Shown here: in pieces, positions 48,501-61,987 of the stretch
Layout of the letters: each line of letters begins with the position of its first letter
How positions within the stretch are numbered: position 1 is the stretch's first letter
NCBI GenBank assembly: GCA_030265395.1
Contig: JARFYF010000054.1
Coordinates: 31,042,642-31,106,641 of the forward strand
Origin: Rhina ancylostomus
Lineage: Eukaryota
Direction: 5' to 3'
Length of the DNA: 64,000 nt
Notes under the pieces: generated by a model
The model's input: only the letters and a program-made list of their open reading frames with translations
What the model was told of the DNA's origin: nothing
Database searches by the model: none
Made by a program: the position numbers and the translations under genes

Positions 48501-51500
48501 TCATTTATCTGGTTAGATTACAGCTGCAAGGCACTGGACAACATTCTGCTTTGCATATTAAAGTATGAAAACCATGAAAAAAATGACAATGCTTAAACCA
48601 ATGTTTTAAACATTCATTGACAAACAAGTTGGGGCTCTTTTCTAGAGCAGAGATATCTTTTAAAAAAAATGTTAAGGTAGCTACCTCTGAGCAAGTCCAA
48701 AATTAGCTGCTACAAATGCAAGAGATTGAGTAGAAACTCCTCAGACTGGTGAGAATGTGAACTATATGGATTTGAGGCAAACAGTGCAGCCGTATTTAAG
48801 ATGAAGACCAATACACAGGAGGGTTATGGAAAGATGTTGATAGGATGAAGTACCAGCTGCTGATACACAAGGGTGCAGTCGCTGAATGGATCATGTATTC
48901 TACAGCAATACGATGCAAGTTAAGCTTACTTCCCAAAGGACAGGTAAGGAAGGACTAAGCTGCAGTAAACAGTTAGCCAGGTTCTTGTGTTCTCCAACAG
49001 TGCTGGCAGTGAGGATGGAAGAACCAGTCTGTCCATCCTACTGGCTGTGCATATCAAATGGAGGATTTTTTTCTTTTAAAAAAGCTCACTAATCCCACCA
49101 TTTCAAAACAAAAAGATTAAAATCATTTACATTCTGCTCAAGAGTCATTAGAGATTGGACAGCTGCTTGCACAATGCTGCCACATGTACTCTGCTCCTGT
49201 CACCATCCACATCTACCTTTTACAGTTGACATCTGGATGTAACACCATCCCCCAGCTGTTCTGGCAGAACATTTGGTACAAGACACCCCTTCTTATCTGT
49301 GCTCACAGCAACTGTTACGCAGGCAGAAGGCATCACCCCTTCTCGTACACCTTTGACAATCAGTAGCCAAAAGTTTACATCCTAATGTATTTCATGCCCC
49401 TTAGTTTCCTCCCTTTCAAACCATTTTTATTTCACAAATTGCTGTAATTTGATCAACTGGTTTGATTTTTGGTCCCTCTGAAATACACTTGTTTGTGCAT
49501 GTTTAATTTAGTGGTGGTGGTTAACAGAATCGTTACCCTGGGAACACAGCCCATTTTTAGCCCCACAATTTCCTACATTGTTGAAAACTGCATTTAGAAG
49601 GATTTCTGTGCTGTCATCAATGAAGTGTACAGTTAAGGATGAATACAATTCTACTCTCATTGGGTCTTGCCTAATTAGACGTGGTATTCAATTAACTAAA
49701 CCTGATCCCAACTATGAACATGTGTGTTACCCCAAGGGCATTTGATTTGCCCAGTGAAGTTATCAAAAATGAACACTGTAGAATTCAGCCAGCTCTTTTG
49801 CTCCTGTTTTGTTCAGTTAGTGCATTTATTTTCTCCACCAGAGATTTCATCGATCAACTTTTTCCCTCCATGTTTTGGAGAAGTTGACCACTGTCTTCAT
49901 TAAAGTAAAACAGGAAAGTTTAGCATTCCTTGCCTGGTGATAGGCAGAAAACTAAAACAGCACTGCTTTTTGGCACTTTTCAGAGAGAAACCCATCAGGT
50001 GCCAGATGGTGGACAATGACAGATCAGCTAATTAATTGAGAAATTAGCTAAATATAGTATGTCTAATGCATGACAGTGACCAATGAGAAATGAGGCAATA
50101 TGAAAGACCGTAGTAGAGCTCACTGAGCTCCACAAAATCTTAATACACATAACAAAAGGTTCAATAGACTTGCCAGCATGTTGAAGCACAAATAGGTATG
50201 ATTCCATTCTTCTACACACAGAAAGGCTATTCAAAGAGCTAACCATTTTGTTTTAGTTCATTAACACAACCCACTTTTAAAAGGCTGACCTACAATAAAC
50301 AGATGTTGGTACAAGGCACTCTTATGGACTTTAATTGTTTAGAGAATGATCCTAACCTACAAAGCAAATGCCTGTTCAATTTCTGAGTCACGCACCATTG
50401 TTACTGAATCTACACAAAGCCAACAGGCTTGCTGTTTTTTTGTTGAGACAGGGTTGCAGCGCAGGTAACACTAAAGTGCTTGAGAACAAAGTGAGCACAG
50501 CTTAGAGGGTTAAAAATCAGGTGTTCCTCAAGTTGAAGTACCCGCGAGTGCAAAGTTACACCATTAAAGTGCAAACAACCACTCCAATCTGAAAGTTTAT
50601 AATATTTTAAGATAATGAAAGATTTAGTAATGGCAAAACATTATACATTTTGGTCTAAGAATCCTAGTTAAGATGGTAAATACTGGTACTAAATTTCTAC
50701 AATTATAAGAATAGGAAATAAATACTCAACCAGTCACTGGTTACAGTGTGTTCACAATAACCATTCCTCATCCCAATCATTTCATTAGTTCCTTGATGAA
50801 GAATTACCAATCAGTTCAAAAAAAATGACTGTCAATCAAGTCCATCCTTAGTTTTTAGAAATATCCCATAGTCAATAATATCTTCCTTTTAGAACCTCAT
50901 TATGCCTAAAAGGAGCTTAAACATTAAACCAAAGGACTGAAGCTCTGAAAACCATGACAACAATTTAAAATTGGAGAGTCTGAGCAGAGGCTGCAGGATG
51001 CTGGTGTTGAGAACTTAGAGGCAGTGAAAGAATGAGAAGTGGCCAGAACTTACCCTGAACGATAGCAAAAACATGCACACAAAAACAGGATGAGTTGTTC
51101 AAGGGCAAGACTCAGGTTGCTGGCTGTCAACTCTCAAAGTATTGGCAGAGACCCAATCACAGAGTTCCTTCCTTAAATGGCAATTTGAAAGTGGGACAAA
51201 AAAAACACCAACTGATTGATTCCAAAAGTTTCAATTTTAAAATAGGAATTGCACCTCATTTGAGGAAAAAATATTTAAAACTTGACTATAAAAGTTAATG
51301 CCTCTGAAGGTATTGACCAATAAAAATTACATTGCAGCATAAGATGTGAGTTGCAACAAAGAATTTTGTGTTTTTTTTAAAATTTACTCACTGTGGCCAA
51401 AAATTTTTTTAAATCCACTAAGAAATGACTGCCAACAGTGATGAACTAATCTTGACCTGCTCTCTGATGTTTGCCATGTTTCACCCTCTCAAGGATCAGG

Positions 51501-52710
51501 AATTCAGAGATTTAATGTTTCAAAGCCAAAGCTGATTTTATATTATAAACAGAAAAATGTGAGAAATGCATCACAAGCCAGTCAGAGCACGTACTGACTT
51601 TGGGCAATAACCTTCATTAGGATAGTGTTTGCAAATTTCATTTGTTGTTGCATCACTCCAGTATTTCCACACTCCCATTCTATTTCCTTTCAATGCAAGG
51701 AATGGACTTGGGACTGAAATGCTTGTCAGAAGCCATGAAGGTCTCTGGCATATTCTGTGAAAGCAATGCAGTAGGGACTAACACCAGCTAACATCAGGTT
51801 ACAGATTTTATGTTTGGAATGGGGGCTTCCAGGTTAAATTTTGGGTTGGATGTTTGCTACACTTGGCTATTCTCCAATTGACTTCCAAAAAAGTTCCCAA
51901 AGAAAAATCCTTAATCTTATGAAGCTACTTAGGATAAAAGGGAACAAAACATTAGAGACAACAATTCTACATTTCAATCTGAAGATTAGAAGCTAGATTA
52001 ATGTTCATAGATCCAAGTACACTGTAAATCAGCATAATTTAGTAACATCTATTTAGTTATAGGGCATTAAATAAAAATTTGCTGACTGTGCTGAATTGAA
52101 AGGACTGTAAAAGCTCAGTATTGCAATCTGATCACCTCACCCAGCACTCACTTTCCTCTCAAAAAGAGAAAAGGAACAAAAGGATACATAGCTGAGTGAG
52201 TGAAAAGGCCTGTGAAATGTGTGCAAAATGATTCTCTCTATAGAAAACCTGGAGCTATTTTCAATGTAACTAGTCACATTTTCCCTATAATATCATTTAT
52301 TTTTATTTGAGACATTAAAAAATACAAGACCAATACAGGGGAAAGACCCACTCTGTAATTAGCCTGAGTCATACTCTATTGTGTATGGCAGCAGACTGGT
52401 TAAACAACTCCCACTAAAAACATCCTTGCCAGAAATTTGAGTACTTGTAATTTGGAATAACCTTTTAAAAAAACAGCTATGGAAAGCATCTAAATGTTAA
52501 ATATTGGGATCAATTCTGACAGAGCACAGCATTGAGTATAGTACAAAGATTTTCCTCCACAGATTCTACATTATATTGTTTAAAAATCATTGTCTCATTG
52601 TTTAGTTTTAATGATCTTTGCATTGACTGCTGTAGGTCACCAGCTGTGACCTACTGAAATTCTGTTCATTTGCACACTGCAGCAAAGGCTTACTGCCCCT
52701 TGTTTCCACC

Positions 52711-52855
52711 TTAACTCCACACATCCGAAGAGTAACGGCCTTTGGTCATCAGTTTCTTAATGTATTCAACAGCCTGCTCATGCTTCATGTTTCCGAGTTC
52801 AGCAGCAATTTCATAGAATGTGTTCTGGACATCTCTCGCCATATTCTTGGCATCA
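52711..52855 (-). CDS. POR: POR (NADPH-cytochrome P450 reductase) last coding exon
   Basis: cag|..DAKNMARDVQNTFYEIAAELGNMKHEQAVEYIKKLMTKGRYSSDVWS*; conserved C-terminal DVWS. Confidence 0.97.
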
Positions 52856-53470
52856 CTGAAATACAAATAAGACGACTTCCATTTACATTGTACTTTCCCC
52901 AGTCTCAGAAGATCCTAAATCACTTTGCAGACATTTAAATATTTTGTTTTAAAGTATATTCATCACTGTAATGTCAGCGATGTTATAAACATTAAGTCCA
53001 AAGAACAGCAAAATGATAAGTGACTTAGTGTGGCTGGCTGTGGGATAAATACTCGCCAGCATGGAGAGAAAAACTTCCATTCTTGCCCTATGAAATCAAT
53101 AGCAATCACCATTACTATGCAGTAAATTTGTGAAGTGGTATCTGTTCCACTCAGTAGAAGAACTGGGGTTACCGCCCAATTTGCTCTGCTCTCAAACGTA
53201 TCAGAACCTGTGAGGTTCACACATTGAACTACATACAAGGACCTCCACTCCCCATTAAGTACAGAAGAAATTATGAACTACACATTCAAGTGTCGGTCAT
53301 TTTTGAAAGTGATTTTTAAGTTTTAATTCCTGTCAAGAAACCTGGCACTGGGAATGAACTTTTACATACTACTCTTCTCAATTAGCTATTAGAGTCTGAA
53401 GAAATATTTTCAATTTTGCTTCATCTTGCATCTCCTATGCCAAGTTTTCACTTCATTCATAAATTTTGTT

Positions 53471-53471
<1 letters not shown>

Positions 53472-53502
<31 letters not shown>
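53472..53502. repeat. (TA)n(CA)n microsatellite
   Basis: Directly visible. Confidence 0.85.
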
Positions 53503-53505
<3 letters not shown>

Positions 53506-53639
53506 TGAATATCAGACCTTAGACTTTCAGATCTAGCTGCTGGCTAAGAAATTTATTAATTGGCACAACTCCAAAAATGAATTACTGCTTACATCCAAAG
53601 TGGCACATTATTGCAACCGTTTCTATATCAAATTGAATC

Positions 53640-54190
53640 ACTACAGGAGTTTGAAATGGATGGCGCTGAGCTACTGAATGTTGGTGGCATTGCCCCCATC
53701 CAGGTAACTTACAAGTATTCTGTCATGCTCCTGCCCTGCACCTTTTAGATGGTGGAAAGGCTTTGTCAGGAGGGCCTTTGCCATAGGATACCCTGCCTCT
53801 GACTTGCTCCTTTAGTATTTGTATAGCTGGTTCAGTCAAGTTTCCAGTCAATGTTAACCTCCAGGATACTGATGGTCCAGTCTCAGCAAAATAATGCCAC
53901 TGAATACAAGGGCAAGTGTCTAGACTCGTTTTTGTTAGGTGGTCACTGCCTGTCAGTTTTGTGGCACCAACATGACTTGCCACTTATCAGCCCATGACTC
54001 AATGTATTCTAGGATATTCTGCGCACAAGCATGGGTTGCTTCACTTGCTGGGGAGTTGCAAATTGTTCACCAACGATTGCACAACGTTCATCTCCACTTC
54101 CGCCCTTATGAAAGGAGGTGATGGTCAGATGGCCCAACCAAGCACACTGCCCCAAGAACTCCTGCAGTGATGTTCCAGCTGGAACATGAA
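53640..54190 (-). mobile_element. Decayed Jockey/CR1-group LINE fragment
   Basis: Reverse-complement similarity to 21050-21590 (ctgcccaagaactcctgcagtgatg, gacttgccacttatcagccc). Confidence 0.55.
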
Positions 54191-54365
54191 GGGGGAGGCT
54201 GTGAGGTGGCTACACAGAGCATGAATGTTTGGCCAAATGCCCTGATACACGTTATATATTCGATGTAATTCATATTGTTCCCCTACTTGAAACAGAAATA
54301 TATCTAGAATTTCCACTGCTCCAGTGCAAGGGTGGAATTGCGCATACCTTGCCTGCTTCACTTAC

Positions 54366-54451
54366 CCACAGATGTAAATATGCCCATTCTCCTTCTGGAT
54401 CAGATTCCATACATGCTCCTTATTTTGCTTCAACAAATGTTGGACATACAC
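54366..54451 (-). CDS. POR: POR coding exon (NADPH-binding domain)
   Basis: tag|VYVQHLLKQNKEHVWNLIQKENGHIYIC..|gtaag, 86 nt. Confidence 0.96.
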
Positions 54452-56303
54452 CTAAAGTTTATTAATGGAGTGGGGGAGAAGAGAGGGGAGAAACAGTGAG
54501 ATAAAATGAATCACCTAAAACTACACAATGTACAAATGGACACCACCACTGGCTCATTTCTGTCAAGGGTATCCACCCCTTGAACGATTCAACTTTTCTC
54601 TTCCAACAACCTTATCGAAAGGTTAATTCCATCAATACTTGACATTTATATGGAACATGAAACACTAAAACAAACTCATCCCAAAGATATTTCACAAGGC
54701 CATGAACCGAAGGAGGAGATAGTAGGAGTGGTGTTTGATCAAGGAGCTAAAGAGGTGGATATGTTTAGAGCTATTAATCATAGCAAGTGAAATCACTTTC
54801 TGAAATTGTCCCAAACATGGTTTTAACTAACTTCTCTCAACTTTTCAAATCTTACATTGGTGGTGGACCAAGTGATTAACCTTTCAATTATCCTCTTCTG
54901 TTCAAGTTAGTTTTCATGTACAAAGACCCATCTCATTTTTCACTGAGTCCAAGTTTTTAAATCACCTCTCCTCCACACAAAAAAATCAACTGGGTTTCAG
55001 TCTTAGCCTTTGAGCACCATTTCCCAAACCCAATGTTTTTTTGTGTGGAGTCAGTACTCAAGATGAAATCTGAGACACCAGCATCCAACTTCAGCACAAT
55101 GGCAACCGACACATTATACTGATTTGCCAATATAATTTGGCAATACATTTGTCTAATTCACAGCAGGGGATAAATTCAGGTTTTGCGCTCAGACCTCAGC
55201 TTCTATTAGTTAAATACTTGCACCAAGTTTTTTTTTGTTTATCCTTATCTGTCACAATTCTTTCTACATACAATCCATACCAAGGTTCTTGTGGAGGTTA
55301 AGTGTTCTTAATCTTTCAAGAGTTCCAGTCATGCTTGTTCACCCTTCTGTTCTGATTGGAAGCAGTGGTCCTCCTCATCCCATTCCCCAAAATTCTGTTC
55401 ACAAAACTCCAGGGATTTATGTGGAAACCCTACTTCCTACATTCAGTTTGCATTAGCCTCTGATCAATTTTATGGATGGGATCAGTCAAACATTCCCTTC
55501 AAAACAAAAATCTATTCTTGCCTCTTTCAACAAGCTCCATATCCACCTCCAAATTTTACTTTGGATATTCAATACCCCAAGCCTTTTATATGAAGTTTTC
55601 AGTGGATACACAAATTTCTTGGCGATGCATGAGCAATTGATTTAAAAAAGCCATTAGTGGATATCAACAACGGAAAGAATACTTGATTTTCAAATATATC
55701 AGAGTTGTTTTGAGATTCCAAATATAGCTTCTTTAAGTTAGTTGATGGGAACTTGATGTCGTTGGCAAGGCTGGCATTTATTGACCTCTGAACTGCAGAG
55801 GATTTAAACAGTCAACCACGTTGATAGATCTGGAGTCAGAGGTCAACAGATTTCCTTCTCTGAAGGACAGTGCTGCACCATATGGGCTTTTAATGACAAT
55901 TATCCTTACTCACACTAGCATTTTAAATCTCTACATTTATCTACAACTTGAACTTAAATTCCCTTACTGCCAAACTCATGCCTTTGGATCAAAGGTCCAG
56001 AAATCTGGCTGCTTGCCCAAGTATTCTGACCCTTAATGGCAACCAATTCCATAACAACTGTTAGGAACAGAAGCACCAGTAGCAAACCCTGGGAGCTAGC
56101 ACGCTAAAGCTGAAGGACCCACTTCAGCAGGAGCCTTAAATGAGGAATATTGTTTTTAACCTGTTAACAGAATAAAATCAAACTCCCAAAGACAGTTTCC
56201 AAACTTAGTATCACTAGGGTCTTAAATAATAATAGACTTCACGATTTCTTAACACATGGGAGGATAAAGATCAAGAGCCCCAATTGGTGTTAGGCCAATT
56301 TAC

Positions 56304-56449
56304 CTTCTTCTCCTGGTCCCTGGAGAATGCTACATTAAGCTGAGTGAGGACACCCTCCTTCTGGAAGTAATCCAGCTCTTCCTGATACAGATAGTCCTCA
56401 TTCTTGTGTCGGCAGCCATAGTACAGCACAGTTTCACCAACCTCCTTCC
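56304..56449 (-). CDS. POR: POR coding exon
   Basis: cag|..KEVGETVLYYGCRHKNEDYLYQEELDYFQKEGVLTQLNVAFSRDQEKK|gtaaa, 146 nt. Confidence 0.96.
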
Positions 56450-57239
56450 CTGTAAAACCAGGTGGACAGGTCTTTCATCACAAATGCCTTTCATGATCAG
56501 ATATAGAAAGAACCCCGAAAAAAGCGAGGGGCAACTGCACTTAAAGGAAAAGTGCAGCAAAAAAGCAAGTAACAACAGCAGAGCCAGTGACAGTAGACAG
56601 GAATATCAAATCAGCAAGAGGCCTGGCAGAAGGTGAACAGTGACAGGCAGAAGCAACTCCAGGAAGGCAGCCAGCCGATTTTGCTGGGACATTCAAAACT
56701 TATTTTTGATTGGGTGTGTGCTTATTTGTTTAATCTTTTAAGTAGCTCAGTAACCATGGTGATACGTGGATCTATTATACTTGATCCAGAAGTGAAGAGG
56801 CGATGCTGTGTGGCTTGGCATCAACCTCTCATCTGATGCAAACAAAAAGTGTCACAGAAGATCAAGCCAGCACTTAAATGAATGATTAAGATGGTGCAAA
56901 TGAGTTGTGGGAAAAGAGCAAGGACAGTTCTAATGGAGAGAGCAGCACACAATGAGCTAAATGCCCCCCCCGTATTAACATTTAAGCAGCCTATGTTATT
57001 AAGTCCTATTGCAAAGCTCTCAGCTTGCGTGATATTGATTGGTCGCAGATTCTGTTACAAATGACTTCATACTGTACGGCATCACCTCGCTAAGGAACAG
57101 CTTAGTGTTTCACAAAATAAATTGCCCCAATTCACATCACAATCAGAGCAACTACTCTGCATACAGTAAGTTACCACGAAGGATGGGACAAGCACTCTTA
57201 TTGACGGTGCTGATCAAGGAAAAAAAATGGCAAGGACAC

Positions 57240-58780
57240 AGGAAACACTTGTGGTTAATGTGGGCTCCCGACAGACTGATACAGGAGAGAATGCATGTTG
57301 AAAATAAGGAAATGGCAGAGAAATTAAATATTGTGTGTCCATCTTCAAGGAGGACAACACAGAAAACCTCTTGGAAACAGTGGAAAACTACAGGTCTAGA
57401 GTAGGCAAGGGCTCAAAGAAATTAGTATTGGAGAAAATAGTAGGACAAAAAAAGTGTCACCCAGGAACTAGAAGCTGCATCCTAGGGCTTTGCAGGTGGC
57501 AGCTCTAGAGAAAAATGGGTCTCCTTGTTACCACCTTCCAAAGCTTTATCGGTTCTAGAATGGTTCCCACAGATTAGGGGGCAGCAAATGTAACCCCACT
57601 GTCCAAGAGAGGAGAAAGATAACAAGGGACTATAGACCAGTTAGCCGAACAGTAAAATATATAGTACAGCATTTTGCCTACTAAGTAGTACTTAGAAAAT
57701 ATTAGAACTGGATAGAATTGACATGGATTTATAAAAAGGATATCACGATTGATAAATCTGTTGGAATTTGAGGTTGTTGCAGGATAGGCTGACGTATCAG
57801 GACCAGGTGCCACTGCAGATCATTAAACGAAAGTTAGAGCATGTGATATTGAGGGTAAGATGGAGAACTGGCAAAAGAAGAACACTAAGAAGTGGGTCAT
57901 TTTCAGGTTTGGAGACAGTAGTGGTGGGTCTTGTTAATTAACAATGAACAGTTTGAATGAGGGGACAAAGCACAGCATATCCAAATGTGCCAATGATACA
58001 AGGCTGGACAGAAGTACAAGCTGTGAAGTTGCAGGAAGGCTTTGAGGCATACGGACAGACTGTGACTGGGCTAGGACTGAGTTAAATGTGGAAATTAATG
58101 CAAAGTCATCCACTTTGGTAGAAAATATTTAAAGTTTTTTTTAAAATAACAAGTTTGCATTCGAAAGGAACTTACATACAAACTACTGCAAGTTAACATG
58201 CTAGTACAGCTGTAAATCAGGAAGACAAACCAAATATTGGCATTTGGTGCAAGAGATTAAGCACCAGAATAGAAGTAAATGGCTCCAATTATAAGACCAT
58301 GGGGACCACACCTGGTCCATTGTGTACAGTTTGATCTTCCTACCCAAAGGAAGATATACTAGTGATTGACAGGGATGAGTTCATCAGCATGATCCTGGAA
58401 GTGCAGGTTTGTTGTGTGAGGAGAGGTTAAGCAGACTGGTCCTCAACTCTTCAATTTAGAAGAATGAGGCCTAAACCTCATTGAAAAAATGCTTACAGAG
58501 CTTCATGGGGTTGATGCAGAGAGGTTTATCTTGAGCTGGGCATCCAAAATAGGGGGTTGGCCATTCAGGACAAAAATGAATCCTTGGAATTATCTAAGAG
58601 CTGTGGAGGTTCAGTTGCTGAGTATATTCGAAAAAATGACCAATAGAGTTTTAGATCTTAAGGGATATGGGGTTCGTACAGGAAAATGGGCTGATCTTTT
58701 GCCTCAGCACATGATTGAAAGATGGAGTGGGCAGAAAGGATAAATGGCCTTTTCCTGCTTTTATTTCTTCTGTTCTATCC
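57240..58780 (+). mobile_element. Long degenerate CR1 LINE in a POR intron (antisense to POR)
   Basis: gcaaatgtaaccccactgtccaaga...gactatagaccagttagc (ANVTPL..DYRPVS), tgccaatgatacaagg and a CR1-type tail. Confidence 0.75.
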
Positions 58781-59895
58781 TCCCTCAGATAGTGCAATGA
58801 GGCCTCCAATGATCAAAATACGCATCCCTTGTTTTAATATTTTCAAGGTCAGCCACTAAGACAATGCAGTGTTCCCTCAGTTCTGAAGTGATCCCGAATT
58901 CCAGTTTGAAACTAGCATCTTGTTAAATGCAAATCTTTTGATTCAAAGAAAAACTACCAATTGATACAAACAGACAGTTAAATCTGTCTGTTTTTAAGTA
59001 AGACACTTTTAAATAAGTGTCTAGTGCGAAGGCCAAGCAGTGAAAGCAGCAAGCAGAATTCTCAGCAGGATGAGTCATCTTGCATCTATCTCGTTAGATA
59101 AGTGACTGAAAAATAAAAAGTCACATTTCAATGCACCATACCCCACTTGGAGCTATTCTGCAGCGTGCCAATTCATTATAGCCTGTGGTCCTGGAACATG
59201 AACACATTCAGATCTTTAAACCTCCTTGTACTTTAACACCCACTCAGGCCGTGTACTGGTGTGCCAGGAATCTGGCACATAAGCAGCTGCCCTCCACTGC
59301 AAGTCAGGCACTAACAAAACAACAATCTCATTACTGCACGGCTCTGTGTGGAGTGAACCACTGCGACAAAGTGAAAAGGTTGCCTGTGAGGATTGGTGCA
59401 GCCCTTCAGTGCTGGGCTTGAGCTGCATCCTGACCAGTAGAGTGGGTGCAGGCCATTGCTGGGAATGCTGTTGCGAGACTTTCCAGATCTTACAGTCACA
59501 CCGTGCACATCTGAGCCACACCAGCCTGCCCAACACCAGTCCTCACGAGCAGCTCTGCACACTGCCTTGGTAGCTCATTTCACAAGGCATGCAGTGATGA
59601 GATCAAGTTAACCACTGCTTTGCAGTGGGAGCTCCAGTGGAGGGATCAGCATGCAGCAGTGGGGTTCTCAGCACAGTCAGCAACACAAATAATAGACGAT
59701 GCCCCCATTAGCACAGACTGTGCAAGTGTTCCCACTCCTAGCACTAAGGCAGCAGCATGCAGGAGTGCAGAAGCATCAAGAAACATCTTGAAAGGAGCTA
59801 TAGGAATAAGGAATGTCACAACCAGCACAGGGTCACCTACAGTGCAGACAGCACAGGTGTCTGCAAACATTAGAAGTACGATTTTGATCCTGTAC

Positions 59896-60163
59896 CTTGT
59901 TGCTTTAGCCAGGCTCGTTCTTGAATAAAACCAATGAAGGGAGCGATGCCTGTGCCGGGTCCAATCATGAGAATGGGTGTGTTGGGTTTGTAAGGTAGCC
60001 GGAACTGAGATTTCCTTACATACATTGGGACAGTGGGCTTGTGACCATTATCTGTTGGCACCTTGTTGCGTAGCCAGGTTGTTGCAACACCTCTGTTGGT
60101 GCGACCCGTTTTAGATACGTACTCCACCACAACCGCACAGATATGAACAGAATTAGAGTGAAC
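59896..60163 (-). CDS. POR: POR coding exon (FAD/NADPH domain)
   Basis: tag|VHSNSVHICAVVVEY...GVATTWL...MIGPGTGIAPFIGFIQERAWLKQQ..|gtacag, 268 nt. Confidence 0.97.
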
Positions 60164-60289
60164 CTAAAACAAACATTTTAAAAACCATTTAAAAATACAT
60201 TGAAATATGCAAACTCATTAGCAAACCATACAAAATTAACTTTCTAAATAAAGCGACGTTAGTTGGTGTGGGATAAATAATCCAGTGTT

Positions 60290-60530
60290 AAACGTATGGA
60301 GTTTGCATGTTCTACCAGTTACTGTGTGGGTGCTCAGGTTTCCTACCACACACCAAAGGCACATAGGTTGGTAGATTAATTGTCTACAGTAAATTACCAT
60401 TTAGTGTAGGTGGATAAGGAGTTGATATTGGATGAAATAATAGGTTACAGGGAAACAAGTGGGGTAATGGAATTGCTTCGAGGTGGTACAGATCCCATGG
60501 GTCAAATGGGCTCCTCCTTTGTAGTAAGGG
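60290..60530 (+). mobile_element. V-SINE fragment
   Basis: ggagtttgcatgttct...gggtgctcaggtttcctaccaca core. Confidence 0.7.
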
Positions 60531-61432
60531 AACACAAAAAATATTGACCAGGGAAACAAATCCTTGGAGTTCAAAGACGCTGCAGGGTCTGTTCACCCAG
60601 AGAGGACAAACAAGATCTTGATTTTATACCATAAAGATACTGGTGAGTAAAGCACTCCAAGCAATGCACCAGAGGGCCATACTTGATCATGTCCTTAGTT
60701 GTCTGGAGGGAGGCTTGAACCCACAACTTTCCTACAGCTGGGGGTGTGTTGCTTTCATGAGACTGCAGGCAGAAGCACCCACCTTAGCTCCAATCATCTC
60801 TTCAGGCAACAGCAGGAAATTAAGGCACCAGATGTTCCCTTTGGTGCCCAAAGTTTCAAAAGGGGAGTTTTCCCCAAACATCATTAATTATCATTCAGCT
60901 TCCAGTCCTGCAGAATAATGTCACCGAACTGCAAATTCACAGTAATATTTTAGTCCTAGGTTACAGGCAGTACCAATCATTTGACGAGATGAATTCAACT
61001 TGAAAGAATCATTATTCAAACAAAAATAGCTTTAACAAAATGATCAACTTGTTTTTATTTTAAAAAATAACCTTAGGTTTAACAGAAGCAGTGGAGGAAA
61101 TATACATGTGATGGGGCAAGACTGTATACAAGCTTTGTGTACAGTCTTAAATGGTCCTGAAACAGTGGGTTAACTGTTGCACAAGTAGCCATATATGCAG
61201 CATCCCATCCCACAATCCTTTCACTGCAAAACACTAGCCCAGCTCAACTTAAATGCAGTTGATGAGGCAGTGCAATCAAAATTCAGAGATCATACATCCA
61301 TGTATTTTCTGAAGTTTTAAAATTGCCAATGTACTGTACAATGCCATGTAGTAAATGGTTTGCACATTATTTTTTTTTAGCCATTTCTAAATACACAGTA
61401 TTCATTTGTCAAGGCTACTTAGCTAGTCTCAC

Positions 61433-61582
61433 CTTTGACGATGAAGCAATGGAGTAGTAGCGGGCCTGTAACCGGGGCAACAATTCGCAGAGATGATCGA
61501 TGGGAGGGCGTAGAGACTTCAAGTCCTCCAGAATAGCCAGAATGTTCCTTCTGTCTTCTACTACCCACTTTAAGTATTGTGA
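61433..61582 (-). CDS. POR: POR coding exon with the FAD-binding RYYS motif
   Basis: cag|SQYLKWVVEDRRNILAILEDLKSLRPPIDHLCELLPRLQARYYSIASSSK|gtgag, 150 nt. Confidence 0.97.
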
Positions 61583-61649
61583 CTGAAAGACAATACACAG
61601 TCACCTTTACTACTGAAGAAAGCCCTTGTTTGAATCTCATTGTGACTTG

Positions 61650-61987
61650 TAGAGGAATAGTGGACAGCCAGCGCCTCTTTCCCAGGGCACCAATGCTCAA
61701 TACAAGAGGGCATGGCTTTAAATTAATGAGTGGGAAGTTCAAGGGAGATATCAGAGGAAGGTATTTACCCAGAGTGTGGTTGGGCCATGGAATGCGCTGC
61801 CTGGGATGGTGGTGGAGGCAGGTACATTGGTCAAATTCAAGAGATTACTAGATAAGCTTATGGAGGAATTTAAAATAGGGGGGATACGTGGGAGGAAGGG
61901 GTTAGATAGTCTTAGGCAAGGTTTAAAGGTCGGCACAACATTATGGGCTGAAGGGCCTGTACTGTGCTGTACTGTTCTACGTTCTAT
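61650..61987 (+). mobile_element. Young CR1 3' end, same subfamily as 10895-12042
   Basis: LFPRAPMLNTRGHGFKLMSGKFKGDIRGR, closely matching ~11720-12040. Confidence 0.9.

Noticed and set aside
52632-52654. Iron-responsive element in the POR 3' UTR
   Set aside because: The loop is not CAGUGN and there is no bulged C at the required position.
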